From NCBI GenBank assembly GCA_040437565.1, contig JBDOQK010000001.1, positions 62,001 through 126,000 of the forward strand: a stretch of DNA of 64,000 nt, written 5' to 3'. The notes under the pieces are model-generated. The model did no database searches. It saw only the letters and a program-made list of their open reading frames with translations, and was not told the origin of the DNA. Both the position numbers and the translations under genes were made by a program. Positions 48,084 to 59,595 of the stretch are shown here, one piece after another (within the stretch, counting starts at the first letter, position 1; every line of letters starts with the position of its first letter). This DNA is from Albugo candida. Lineage: Eukaryota.

Positions 48084-48975
48084 TTTTCACGCACGTTAGA
48101 GCGATATCACTTACAATGTAAAAATCTTCAGTTTTGAGAAGCGAATAATATATGCATGAAATGTCAAGTTGAGGCTATAACGCATCACTATTTGTCGTTG
48201 TCATTTGGAGCTACCCGAACGAGCAATACAATACCATTTGCATCTAATGGAGGACATCGAGGGTGAGATTTAACAGCTATGGGCAACGCTACCCTTTATA
48301 GAATGGACTTATAGATACTATCTCCGTCATTTAGCCCCATACACACCAATTTCCGGCATCAAAAAGCGCGTACTAGCCAAATCAATAATATCGCAGTCGG
48401 CTTATCCTTGCATCCTCTAAATTATAAACCATGAGAGTACGTTGTATATGGTCATTCTTACCACAAATTACGCTCGATTTGAATCTGGTGCGAATGTTCA
48501 AAGAAGAAAGGCACATTGACACGCTCAATTTCCGACGGAAAAGTGCGATACGCAACGTGTGAGAGTTGCATACGCATTTTGTTGGTAGCAAAGAAACAGC
48601 GTATTGTGATGGCGACATGACTTGTGTTGGAGCATTTACTTCAAATGAATATGGCGTGGTTGTGAAGATTATTTGAACACTATTAGCGGTGTGCATCGAA
48701 TTGTCAGCGACGGCGATCCGTAACGAAGGAAAGTATCACTATCCCTCTGTCACTACCGAGCAATCGATGTTCTCAATACATCTTATTCTACATGGCCTTT
48801 TGCATGTAGTCCGACCAATTTGCTCACATCTTCTGTGGTAAACGTCTGACTTCACACTTATAAGACAATCACGCTTGGACATATTATTCAGTATACTTTC
48901 GGAACAGCTAATTAAAGCCCTCAGCTGTCTTGTAGCCACGCTGTCTTAGATTCTGAGCGCACAGGTAGGATCAAT

Positions 48976-50946
48976 ATGTTAAGAGCACATTTTGTGACCG
49001 CTTCCTTTAGAGGTCCAAGTTTTAAGAAATTCTCAGCTGATTCTTATCACAATGAGAATAATTCAGTTTACTGTGACGAAGAAACGAAAAATACAAACAT
49101 AACCGGTGTCAAAGTTGAAGTTGACTTCCATGCTGACGAGAAATGCAACGAGAAGCAATTATTTCACGGGATAAGGTTTGTGAAGAATGATTCATTGTGC
49201 TTAAAAAACCACTCGTCGTGTGGATTTAGGTGATGCAAAGAATAGAAACTGTGACCGAGTATTTTCTTCGTGCGACAAGCGTAAGACTGGTGACGCAAAT
49301 GAATCGCTTTTTGAATCTGATTCCACAAGGAGGGGAGAATACTCGATTTTGAAGTGGTTCGTACATGCTATTAGCATCTTTTACAACGAGTTAAGTTTTA
49401 TCAAGCTGGAGCGTCGCCGAAGTAATATGGAGTTTGATGCCGAGAAGATTTGCCTTATTCATTCGGGTAAGAAACAAGTTGTTAGACTGGTAAGGGGATC
49501 ACTGAGCAGCATAGGGTACGTACCTCATCTTTCACTCAATGTAGAATATGGCTGGTGCTAGGAAATATACGGCCATTTGGCTCGTACTATCGACAGTTTA
49601 TCGTCTCCTGCAGGACGACAAAACTGTGACACAGGTTTCGATCGCCAGTGATTTTTCTTCGAGTGATTGTGTTATCAACGTATAATAGCGCGAGATATAT
49701 TACATGCATCCCTTTTTTGAGACGCAAACCCAAGCGAATGAAGCCATTTTAGGTATATCGATAGATGGGAGTATTGAGTAGTGCTTATCAGTGATTCTCA
49801 GATGTGGGATGTTTACTCGGAGCGTCTCGAAGGTCGTTAAATATCGTCGGGGCGACCAGAGGTGCCTTTGTAGGCCAGATAAGCTTATTCGTGAGAAAAG
49901 AGTTTGGACAAGACTTGGTTGTGTAACTATGAACACAAAACATTTCTAGATTGACGATCAGTGGCAAAACTGTTTCGGTCTGGAAGAACACCCCATTACC
50001 CAAGCCACCTTGTATCTGGAAACTGAGCAAATGTACACCAAAATATTTACCTTGCAGGATAAAGTTTTACGGAAGCTGCACAGCCGCAGTACAGCTCGAT
50101 TTATACTCGTTATCGAGAAGGAGGGTATACACCAACTACTTGTTGCATTATACGATGTATAATTTTATTTAGGGATCTTTAGTCGATTGCGGTTTGATTA
50201 TATTATGGCCCAAGTCCCAATCTTTGAAACCCATCTGCAGGGAAGATTCTTTTATCGAACGGCTGCCATGTATTCTGGTTACGGGAAGGGGCTTTCCAGA
50301 TTTGTCGACGAGGTACGTCATCAGAGCACAATCTCTTCTCTACCAATTGGACTATGATGTGCTTTACAGAATGTTTGTGAAAAATCTATCGGATATTCTG
50401 CAGATACCGGTTCTTGGATTAAGTGATTGCAATCCATTTGGTCTATCTATCATGGTCAGATCGAGCAGAGTGTTGATCAGATGAAGGAACTGAAGAGCTG
50501 CTTTATAGCTTACATACAAACTCGGGTCAGCACGCATGCCCCTGGACCCAGGCAGTAATGTCATCTCTGTAAGAAACGCAGCATTCCAACCTTGACCATG
50601 CCTATTGCCATAGCTGTTGATATCAAGTGGCTTGGCCTACGTCCTTCGCAATTGCCTGCACTCGACTTACCACCGATGGCCTACAAGAGCTTATCCAACA
50701 GAGACTTGGCGATCTCCAAGTCCTTGCTGGCGAGCCCATTCATTCAGGTATAGTCGATAGTACTTGATGGATATTGAAGGGTCATACTTGCATAACTAGA
50801 GTCAAATAAGATACTATGACGAAGTTTTGCTATGGACAACTGAAGGGATGGCATACAAAATCGAGCTAGAAGGATTGCACTCATTGGGTTTTCAATTTAT
50901 TGGAGATCTCGTATTTCATCTCGTCACGAGCGGGCAATATATTTGA
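48976..50946 (+). CDS. SPO11: Meiotic recombination protein SPO11 (TopoVI-A, SPO11-2-like), many short introns; 5' boundary uncertain
   Basis: Spliced motifs KTVTQ|REIYYM (catalytic Tyr), FILVIEKE, CILVTGRGFPDLSTR, LSDCNPFGLSI (TOPRIM), TYKLGS, IKWLGLRPS and KIELEGL. Confidence 0.88.
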
Positions 50947-51222
50947 GATGATGCAAGTACCGAAATCTAGCCATAGCCATCCAATGCTTGTCTTGGAGCT
51001 CATACACGTTCGTGGATATATACGTCAAATACAGATTGACAGTCGTCACGATGGCCGCGTTGTTTCTTTCAAGTTTACATATCCCTTGCTTCCTCCGTGC
51101 CAGTCGATTTAAGTACGTATTCTGATTTGCCACACATGCGTTTGTTGTAGAGAACAAAGACAGGAGGAGAAGAGCAGTGCTATAGTACGACAAAGACACA
51201 GTATACATTCACTTAACGACCA

Positions 51223-51750
51223 CTAAGGACAAAAACAACGAGCAAAATGTTTATTGGTATTTTTAGTCCCCTCCACCATTTTCGGAGAATCGTTGGTTGC
51301 CGCATCCTTTTGCTGATGGAGCATGACGCAGAGTGTTGCATACTCGTCTTTGGATGAGCACAGGGTCAAAGGGTCGTCCCAACTGAATCGATTCCAGTTC
51401 AAAATCGACATTGCCCATAATTCAGATACCGCTTGGCTTGCGCCCGCAAGTGTTAATCGATGTTTAGCTTGCCGTTGGTGCCTCGTTGCGATTTTCTGTG
51501 CGGTACTTGGATTCTGAGCTTGAACGACACGAGGTTGTGATTCAACTAAGAACTGGTGGCAGATACCAGTATCGTCATCAGGTAATAAACGCACTCGTAA
51601 TGTGCAGCCCGTCAATGCGACGACGCCCAAAAGCACACCACCGCGTCGGGTATAATACTGCAGTATTCCTTCGTCCAAAATGCAGTAGACGATAGTCTTG
51701 GATGGACCATCAATTCTCAAGAGATATCCTTCAGCGTTACCAAAACTCAT
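51223..51750 (-). CDS. PH-domain protein (paralogue 1)
   Basis: EGYLLR...YCILDEGILQYY...GVVALTGC...LTLAGASQAVSELWAMSI follows the PH-fold pattern, including the C-terminal Trp helix. Confidence 0.75.
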   Translation of the reverse strand: MSFGNAEGYLLRIDGPSKTIVYCILDEGILQYYTRRGGVLLGVVALTGCTLRVRLLPDDDTGICHQFLVESQPRVVQAQNPSTAQKIATRHQRQAKHRLTLAGASQAVSELWAMSILNWNRFSWDDPLTLCSSKDEYATLCVMLHQQKDAATNDSPKMVEGTKNTNKHFARCFCP

Positions 51751-52052
51751 CGCTGTACTGATCAAATAGGAAAAGAATAGGTGAGCTCTTAATTTTCGCG
51801 CTCATTCGGCAGAGGAAATGTGGGATAGCTGTAAAGTAACATCTGATAGCCTCTCGTTTCCGATGTACCTTTCTGAATTAATTACNNNNNNNNNNNNNNN
51901 NNNNNNNNNNNNNNNNNNNNNNNNNNNNNNNNNNNNNNNNNNNNNNNNNNNNNNNNNNNNNNNNNNNNNNNNNNNNNNNNNNNNNCTGTAAAGTAACATC
52001 TGATAGCCTCTCGTTTCCGATGTACCTTTCTGAATTAATTACAAGCTAAAAA

Positions 52053-52819
52053 ATGCTCAATGGAGGATTGCGACATCGACAGCAGGTTTTACCACCACCG
52101 CCTGCACGAGATACATTGCGATATTCATGCAGTGACGAGAAATATACGAGTTCTAGCTACTATGACTGGATAGTACCTTTCATTCCGCCCGTTTTTCGTG
52201 TAAATCGTGACACACGAGCCAAAGCTTACTCCAACATGAGAAATAATTTCAGCGTCGATGCATTGCGTAACATGATTCACCTCTTATGGTCTTGCAAATT
52301 GAGCTGTCTCAAAATACTCACATCTGGGTTCTTGTGGGTCCGATTGCTTTCATGGATACATGAGAATGCTACAGAATTTGCCAATGCTTACGTCATTTTC
52401 AGCGGCTTGGCACTCATAGTTTACAATTGCAACAGCGCAATAGTGGAAACGGAGAACGGGCAAAAACCGTTGAGTGCTTACTCTATTTTCAATCCGAACG
52501 TGGAACGAGTACTGGGGTCTCTGACAGCTGATCAGTTTGAGGTGAGAGGCGCGTACTCGAACACTCCATACCGACTCTTGTATGCATTTAGAACGAGATC
52601 CGTCATCGATTGCCAGAGTTGGAGAATGATGGTGTTGATGAAAATGATCTGGTGTTATCTGAAGAACACAAAGACCCGTAAGTGATCAAGGCAAAAGAGA
52701 GGCGTGAAATTGACACTTTTTGTGGTGATTAAAATAGTGAGCTGATGCTTGCGATCAAGATGTCCTTGCGTGATGCTGAACGTCAACGTAATATCGGCAG
52801 AAACGATCTAGCATACTGA
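52053..52819 (+). CDS. SAYSvFN-domain protein (SAYSD1-like), 3 exons, with C-terminal UIM-like motif
   Basis: Hydrophobic hairpin followed by LSAYSIFNPNVERVLGSLTADQFE|NEIRHR. The last exon encodes ELMLAIKMSLRD. Confidence 0.82.
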
Positions 52820-53164
52820 TATAAGACGCTTGTACATTGGACGACCGACCGCGGTATTACAAGCAATATAAAATTGGTGCCTTGCTATAAAAGCACCTAT
52901 TTCCCTTTGGTTGTGTGTAGAAAGATTCTAAGATTGCGTGATAGTGATAGTTTTGCAATAAAATACGCAAATCCATCGAAATTTAATCAAGCACGCTACT
53001 GTAGCAATGTCGATGTTGAAGCATTATCCACTCGTCTTTGAGAAAAGTAAAATCAAACGAAAGCATGTGCATTGGATATAGCGTGAAAATGTATTGAGAT
53101 GAAATCTATGATTTAGATTGATACTTCGGCAATCGACTTGTAAGCAGTGATTCATGGCTGATCT

Positions 53165-53740
53165 TTACTTCGCGTTTGCGACCTTGTTCGCGTGTGATAC
53201 ACATGTGTGCTCAATCTTATTCCAACCACACGCCGGTCGCCAAAAGCATCCGAACCTGCTTTTTGGTGTACAATATTCATCTCCCGCATCTTTTGCTGGA
53301 ACGGTAGCATTGCCTCCAGAGGGAGACGCAGTTGCACTTACATTTAGTGGAGTTGCAGGATTCGAGCTGGGAACTTGGTTTTCCAGGTTTGACAACAGGG
53401 TGGAAGGCGACAATGGATCAGCACCAGGAGGTGCAGCTGGTGTTGGCTTCGTAGGTGTTGATGTGCTTCCCAGTATTGAATTCCAATCAACGAGAGGTCC
53501 TTGAAAACTTTCAGCCTCAAGATTTCGTTGTCCATTATTTTCTGTCGGTAAACGTTGATCGATGTCAGCAAGAGATCGGCTACCACTACCGCTCAATGCT
53601 GCAGGTTGGTTAGTTGTTTTTTGGATTTTAGTGGCAGGAGGGGTTTGGCCAATTGAATTCTCACTGCGAAGGTTTATATCATTGCCACTAATGTGAATTG
53701 ATAGCGAGAAAGAAGCGATTGTAATAAAGTTGAGCTTCAT
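53165..53740 (-). CDS. Putative secreted protein with P/S/T-rich stalk and C-terminal 4-Cys module (paralogue A)
   Basis: Signal-like MKLNFITIASFSLSIHISG; C-terminus CTPKSRFGCFWRPACGWNKIEHTCVSHANKVANAK. Confidence 0.75.
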   Translation of the reverse strand: MKLNFITIASFSLSIHISGNDINLRSENSIGQTPPATKIQKTTNQPAALSGSGSRSLADIDQRLPTENNGQRNLEAESFQGPLVDWNSILGSTSTPTKPTPAAPPGADPLSPSTLLSNLENQVPSSNPATPLNVSATASPSGGNATVPAKDAGDEYCTPKSRFGCFWRPACGWNKIEHTCVSHANKVANAK

Positions 53741-54886
53741 AAGGAATAAGACGACTTGTAGGTCTCGTGCTTTAGCGGAGACGTGGGCACTTGACAAGTG
53801 AGAATGCAATCGCTGGTATCAAACTCATCAGATGCGGTGGATATTTTATTCGAATATTGAGTGCAACATCTCCGAGAAATCGTTCAATCATACCCTTTGA
53901 AAAACGATAACATCAAGCTACTCAAGCATGATTGGACAATATCAGAGTGGGATCGTAAGGTCGAAACACTGGGATATTTGGCTTGCAATAAGAGTTATCG
54001 GTATTGGTGCTGATGCGTCGTTGCGATGTGCCGTGCGACGTTAAATTCGGGAATTAGAAGACATGGGTCAGTGATATCACCAAAGGATATTGATTGCAAA
54101 TTGGACCACATTCATTAGGAAGAAAATACACCCAAAATGGACGGTCTGTCAATGCTGTCTAGTATAACACTGCTGGAAGTCGATCATTTGTATAATAATA
54201 CTATCGAGAAGCTCTCGATTTACCCGGCAACCGGTAAGACATCTACAAAACAATATACTTTCTCATCTTATAGCCTCTCTTTTCCGATACATTACAAGGC
54301 TAGAGCTTTGCTAAAGTCATTTTGNNNNNNNNNNNNNNNNNNNNNNNNNNNNNNNNNNNNNNNNNNNNNNNNNNNNNNNNNNNNNNNNNNNNNNNNNNNN
54401 NNNNNNNNNNNNNNNNNNNNNNNNGTCATTTTGATGCAGCACGGCGGATTGAGGTACTTAGTAGTTGCATACGATCAAATATAAGATAAAGAAGACCTGT
54501 CGCCTCTCTAGATGCACTTTTTGATGCTCGACAAGGACGACAATGATATGAATACCGGCACTACCACTGGATACCACCTTAACTTCCGCCAATGTACGAT
54601 AAATCGATATACACAAGCCAAAGGTTACTTGTATATGAGCAGAAATTCCCACGTAGTTGCACTGCTGCATACAGCATTATTGTTCCATACCATTCACTCT
54701 ATTTTCACTTCTAAACGCAATAGTAGAGCTCAGCCCTTACCTCCTTTTCGTACTTGTGAAAATATTAGATATATAGAAATTAAAAAGTCATTAAGCAAAA
54801 GCATATGTTTTCAAGCAAAACCTGCAGGAAAAGCTTATCTCAAGTCATATTATGAAAGTTCAAGTGAGTAAAAAACTTTGAATGAA

Positions 54887-56024
54887 TCATTTTGATGCAT
54901 TTGCGACCTTTGCCGTTTTCAATGTGCATCCTTTTTTGTCTTCCTTCACCCATGTACAACTCCAAGAAAAAAAGCACATAAAGCTTCCCTTCCCGACACA
55001 CTTGTCCGGTTTCGCGCTGTTTGTTGGCGCGGCAGTATTGCCTGTCGGATTGTTGCCTGGATAGGAGGGATTTGTAGATGTTGTATAAGTAGTTGATGGT
55101 TTCAGGGACTGAGCAGATGCTGGAGGCATGGCATTGGAGACCGAAGTCGTTGTTCCAGAATCAAGAATTCGTTGTCCTTGTTTCGTTTCCGAAGGCAAAC
55201 TTTGATTGGTGTCCACAAGAGCCCGATTGGCAGCATTGGGTGCGCTTTGGTTCATCTCGACAAGAGCTCGATTGGCAGCATTGGGTGCACTTTGGTTCAT
55301 CTCGACAAGAGCTCGATTGGCAGCATTGGGTGCGCTTTGGTTCATCTCGACAAGAGCCCGATTGGCAGCATTGGGTGCGCTTTGGTTCATCTCGACAAGA
55401 ACTCGATTGGCAGCATTGGGTGCGCTTTGGTTCATCTCGACAAGAACTCGATTGGCAGCATTGGGTGCACTTTGGTTCATCTCGACAAGAGCCCGATTGG
55501 CAGCATTGGGTGCGCTTTGGTTCATCTCGACAAGAGCTCGATTGGCAGCATTGGGTGCACTTTGGTTCATCTCGACAAGAGCNNNNNNNNNNNNNNNNNN
55601 NNNNNNNNNNNNNNNNNNNNNNNNNNNNNNNNNNNNNNNNNNNNNNNNNNNNNNNNNNNNNNNNNNNNNNNNNNNNNNNNNNTTGGTTCATCTCGACAAG
55701 AGCCCGATTGGCAGCATTGGGTGCGCTTTGGTTCATCTCGACAAGAGCTCGATTGGCAGCATTGGGTGCACTTTGGTTCATCTCGACAAGAGCCCGATTG
55801 GCAGCATTGGGTGCGCTTTGGTTCATCTCGACAAGAGCCCGATTGGCAGCATTGGGTGCGCTTTGGTTCATCTCGACAAGAACTCGATTGGCTCCAGTGG
55901 TTGTCGATTCGTTAGTCGCAAGAGGAACTTGATCCGAGAGAGTCCGATTCACATTAATATCATAGGTACGTCGCGCAGCGGCTGATAGTGAGAAAGAAGC
56001 GATTGATAAAAGACTGAGCTTCAT
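54887..56024 (-). CDS. Putative secreted repeat protein with 15-aa repeats and C-terminal 4-Cys module (paralogue B); spans a gap
   Basis: Signal-like MKLSLLSIASFSLSAAA; repeats (MNQSAPNAANRALVE)n; C-terminus CVGKGSFMCFFSWSCTWVKEDKKGCTLKTAKVANASK. Confidence 0.8.
55200..55892 (-). repeat. 45-bp coding minisatellite; about 13 visible units, true number hidden by the gap
   Basis: Plus-strand unit ttggttcatctcgacaagaRcYcgattggcagcattgggtgcRct. Confidence 0.95.
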
Positions 56025-56318
56025 GGGACCTCACTGCTGATTCTGGCCGTTAATTGATGAGCTGGGAAATTCAAAAATGAGGATATAATCGTAGCATGAT
56101 TCTCAGCCAGTGAGCTGGATTTTTCCTTCGAATTAGGAAATGCAACGTTTTCAAGGAAGCGTTGTACCATATCCTTCCAAAACCGATATCATTTTTGGTT
56201 TCCCCGACATGATTGGTCAATATTTGATCAACCAACATTCTTTTCACGATCCAAATGTTGCACACAAAAGTGATGTAATTATGGAATGCAAAATGCATGT
56301 ATATTAAAACTAAGCTTA

Positions 56319-56831
56319 CTACATCGGGAAAATAGCGCGGCTGATATTCGAAGGAACAACGGCAACTTCTTTGATGTTGGTATCTAATGGATTTAAGATT
56401 CGATTTAGCGTCGCATGTTCGTCCTTCGAAGAACATAAAGTGACAGGATCATCCCAACTATAACGTTTCCAATTCAAAATGGACACGGCCCATCGATCCG
56501 TCACTTCTTTTGTAGAGCCTGCGAGTATCAAGCGTGATACGGACTGACGTTGATGCTTCATTGCGAGAAGCTCCGCAGCATTTGCTGTACCAGAGCCTTT
56601 CTTGCGTATCGCTCGAGGTTGAGATTGAATTACAAACTGGTTTGGAATGTGCGAGCCTTCGTCAGAGAGAAAGCTTACATCAACTTTACATCCAGTAAGC
56701 GCTACCGCACCTAGTAATGTTCCTCCTCGCCCCGTGAAGTATTGCAAGATTCCTTCGTCCAATATACAATATACAATCGAGCTGCCTACATCAACCTTTA
56801 TAAGATACCCTTCGATATTTCCGCAACTCAT
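56319..56831 (-). CDS. PH-domain protein (paralogue 2)
   Basis: MSCGNIEGYLIK...YCILDEGILQYF...WAVSILNWKRYSWDDPVTLCSSKDE, clearly homologous to 51223-51750. Confidence 0.75.
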   Translation of the reverse strand: MSCGNIEGYLIKVDVGSSIVYCILDEGILQYFTGRGGTLLGAVALTGCKVDVSFLSDEGSHIPNQFVIQSQPRAIRKKGSGTANAAELLAMKHQRQSVSRLILAGSTKEVTDRWAVSILNWKRYSWDDPVTLCSSKDEHATLNRILNPLDTNIKEVAVVPSNISRAIFPM

Positions 56832-56974
56832 TTGTGGCAAAATAGATAATGCGACTGCATGTCTTGTAACGACTTAGGTGGCAGGTAAAGATAGGTGCGC
56901 TGCAAATGATTATAACCTCTGAAACTACATGTATACGTTGTAACTTGTGCGATGACTTTCACACCAGAGCTCGA

Positions 56975-58653
56975 CTATGTGTTTCCAAGTTCTCCCTCGA
57001 GTTTGACGATTGATTCTTCGACTTGTTTATCCTCTGCAGTCTTACTGTCGATTGCTTTTGCTTGTGCTGTCCATTTACGTGCTTCATCAAATCGATTCAA
57101 CTTTACCATTGTCTAGTAAAAACCTTCGATGATGCTATTCAACATAACATAACATGTTATCACATACCTGCGCGATAAGAAAAGCATTCCTTTTCCAGAA
57201 GCCCGGGCTGATATTTTCTGCAATACGACGTAAATAGAAATTCGTGCTTTCTATACATAGCATACCAGCGCTGATGAAATGCTGCAATGCGTCCTCGTAC
57301 GTAGCGGTAGGAGGCTTCCCAAACAGCGCGGCGGCCGCTTTCTTTTCGAACCAACTCATATCCGCAAACGCGAGACACCATTGGCCCAGTATGTTGTGTG
57401 ACGTCGCATCCAGAGGATCGAGCTCAATAGCTCGTTGGATGTGGTCCTAGTACAAGAATTAAATAACGCCCGCGAATTCAGTCACTCGCTTACGCGAATC
57501 ACATAAGCTCCTGCGATCTTTTCTTTGGTGGCTCTAAAATTCCCAACAGTGCTTGTCATGATCGCCATCCATTTATTGGAAGCTGCCGAGTTCGGATTTA
57601 GCGAATATGCGGCTTCCGCGCATTCAAGCCCTTCATGAGCAAGCTTTTTTTTTTCGTTTGGATCCTCGACGGTTTCCAACAAATAGTTACAAGCGCGAGC
57701 TCGTCTCCAAAGCTGTTGCATCAGTGGTAATCATTCAGCTTAGTATGCGAAAAATATCGTACCACTTCAACTTCTAGTGTTAGTGCGGGTGGTAGACTTT
57801 TCAGCAACGTCCGAATCCTCTCGTGTTGATCCTATCGCCGGTTGTAAGCTTGGATTGTGTCAACTGATGTGTACCTGTTCAAACAACTCGTCGGCTTGTT
57901 CAAGAACGTCCACCAGATCTGCAGGGGGCGGCTTCTCTTCATCCAACAACGCATCAATCTGTTCTTTTTTAGAAGCGTTTTGCCTTGTCGTTTGATTTGT
58001 AGCTATTTCTAAAAGTTATCAAACGGTATATCATCAAGTCGAAATCTACGTCGACACCTTCTCGTATCACGTTGAAATCATCAGCAGTATGAGGAAACAC
58101 AGCTTTCTCAGGTATGAGACTCACTCCAAGAGCACGGAGTACATTGGTCCGATTGAGAAACTCTACGCTTGCCGCTGACGCAATTCAAATAAGTTTCAAG
58201 TAAGTACTGTTCAATGTGATACATACCAGCAAACATGCCAATTGCAATCCACATCAGAGGTGGAAACATTGGTAATTGAGCGACACTGCTGGCCTCATTA
58301 CTCGTCAACACAACGAAAAAACCAACAAGTCCAACGAGCAACATGAAGATCAAGCTGAACAGCGAAAGAAACTGCATTGTAGGAAGAGTAGTACTTTCGA
58401 CCGTGCAAAAAAATCTACAATGTACCACGTTTCCTTCTCGCTGAGTTATGCTCAATTGATGAGCTCCATTTATGTGAACACGCTCGCTATTTGACACTTC
58501 TTCCGGTTCATCTACTTGCTCTTGAACAGTATCTTCCACCAAATGAGGTGGTTCTTCTACTACAGCTGTGTTTAAATATCGATATGCAATGACGATGGCT
58601 GTAGCAGATCCCGCAACACCAAGAATGGACCAAAAAAGTCCGCGATTCACCAT
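56975..58653 (-). CDS. Regulator of microtubule dynamics (RMDN/RMD-1/FAM82)-like TPR protein with N-terminal membrane anchor, multi-exon
   Basis: LWRRARAC...KWMAI...KEKIAGAYVIR|DHIQRAIELDPLDATSHNILGQWCLAFADMSWFEKKAAAALFGKPPTATYEDALQHF is the RMDN family signature. Confidence 0.82.
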
Positions 58654-58824
58654 CGGAATCGCAACTTTTTGACGGAATATAGTCGATCTAGGATTTCAGC
58701 CAATATGAGGCCACCAAAGCGGTATACGCTTGCGACATGACGCAATAACGGTCAGTGAATAAAACTAATGCGTATACTATCCACGTAAAGCTAGGGTCTA
58801 CCGAAATCACTTCCAGTTTGTCAA

Positions 58825-59595
58825 ATGGCGAGTTTGAAAGTGAGCTCCCAATTTGTAGGCGTCGATGTCACTGCCCACAGAGAAGAGTGCAATATAGGCA
58901 AACAATGTCACTCGACATTGTCCAAATCCACGCGACCGTTCTTATCGTCTACTGTGGTCAAGTCTAAACGCTCATTTCGTATTCGATATTTCGTAGAGTT
59001 AGTCATCAAGTCAGTTCAGCAACGGGCGATAAGAGTTGGATTTCACGGTTCATTCGAAGCCCTCCACAAGTTACACACACAACTAGAAAAATTATGGTGG
59101 CATGTATACGCTCCTTCATTACATTCGTGCAACAAAGCAACGGAGCCAATGCCGAGTTTTCCGGAGAGCTCCAAGTCTCTTGTGAGCAGATTAGAAGCTC
59201 GAAAAAATAACGAGCAAGATAGAATGAATACACGCGCCGAAGCTTTATTTGGGTACTACACCGCACTGTTCAACACTGCTGAAGAACGAGAATTCTTTCT
59301 AGAGTTTTTTCGTGAGCGAGCCGAAGATAGTGCAAGTATTAGGAAAGATGAGTCATCACGTGATAATAAGTGGCAATGCAGTCGCAGCACTCGATTGCGC
59401 CTCCGCAACAGTAGTAGTACAACAGTCACGAGTGCAATCAGCGAGGAGTGCAATGGAATCAATGGCACCGCTTCAGATAAGGGCGAAAGTGATAAGAAGA
59501 GTGGCATTTCCTCTCGTCTTTTTTCGCTAGTAAATTTGACGAAAGAAAAAGATGTCGTTGAATTCACGGTACCCACTATGGTTTATACACGATAA
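58825..59595 (+). CDS. Hypothetical protein with a divergent PX-like domain
   Basis: Intact 256-aa ORF. The pattern IRYFVELV...SFEALHKLHTQL...MPSFPE...RAEALFGYYTALF...FFLEFF parallels PX domains. Confidence 0.55.
   Translation: MASLKVSSQFVGVDVTAHREECNIGKQCHSTLSKSTRPFLSSTVVKSKRSFRIRYFVELVIKSVQQRAIRVGFHGSFEALHKLHTQLEKLWWHVYAPSLHSCNKATEPMPSFPESSKSLVSRLEARKNNEQDRMNTRAEALFGYYTALFNTAEEREFFLEFFRERAEDSASIRKDESSRDNKWQCSRSTRLRLRNSSSTTVTSAISEECNGINGTASDKGESDKKSGISSRLFSLVNLTKEKDVVEFTVPTMVYTR

Noticed and set aside
55200..55892. CRISPR-like regular repeat
   Set aside because: The units are contiguous with no unique spacers, there are no cas genes, and the context is a eukaryotic coding region.
55093..55985. 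Long plus-strand and alternative-frame ORFs over the repeat (WQHWVRFGSSRQE, CRDEPKCTQCCQ and others)
   Set aside because: They are by-products of a stop-free 45-bp unit. Only the NQSAPNAANRALVE frame joins the signal peptide to the conserved C-terminal module.
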